Shown one piece after another: positions 63,713-64,000 of a DNA stretch of 64,000 nucleotides (positions within the stretch are counted from its first letter, which is position 1; the number at the start of each line of letters is the position of its first letter). The DNA is from Podarcis muralis (lineage: Eukaryota), in the NCBI RefSeq assembly GCF_964188315.1, contig NC_135669.1, forward strand, positions 18,414,001-18,478,000, in the 5' to 3' direction. The notes under the pieces are model-generated. The model was not told where the DNA came from and ran no database searches. It was given only the letters and a program-made list of their open reading frames with translations. The position numbers were made by a program, and so were the translations under genes.

Positions 63713-64000
63713 CTTTAGGAGATAAAAATGGTAATTAGAAAAGCACGTTGGAACATATCAGTTTTCAGGAGTTTTTACTCCACTTAATTCTTTCATCCAA
63801 CTAGACGCGCTCGGAAATGGAAGTCTTAGCTGAATGAACATTAATCTGATCCAGAAAGACAATTAATATGAAGTTACATCCTCATTGGATATAAATAGAA
63901 AATTGTCTTGAAATGGCCCTAGAATGACCCCAGAGTGTTTCAGATGTGGATGAAGTGAAGGTAATAGGGTGAACCTGGTAAAATAAAAACTGAAATGAAA

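Overview
Squamate reptile genomic DNA. Sauria SINEs and Bov-B diagnose squamates; lacertid affinity is inferred only. It is eukaryotic, intron-containing and repeat-rich, with no prokaryotic features, CRISPR or rRNA. Left part: an intact 3-exon NNMT-like methyltransferase on + (9446-11710, 264 aa) sits head-to-head with an inverted, pseudogenised duplicate on - (3730-5929). Right part: a tandem array of NXPE-family genes on -. Three are complete with 6 coding exons (556, 556/554 and 558 aa), one runs off the window, and one is an L1-truncated fragment. The most unexpected feature is absent from the ORF track as a gene. Two duplicated copies of a degenerate, signal-peptide-bearing, Ly6/uPAR (three-finger, LU-domain)-like gene lie on + between NXPE copies (45137-45794 and 55284-56681). 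Their complementary lesions allow a Cys-rich ancestral domain to be reconstructed. Other highlights: an intact minimal type I hammerhead ribozyme motif in a Penelope-like hairpin (19708-19831), an AG-to-AC splice acceptor mutation with an in-frame rescue site, divergent catalytic motifs and a hypervariable segment among NXPE paralogs, exon-limited gene conversion, and many nested MITEs, SINEs, LINEs and solo LTRs with readable target-site duplications.
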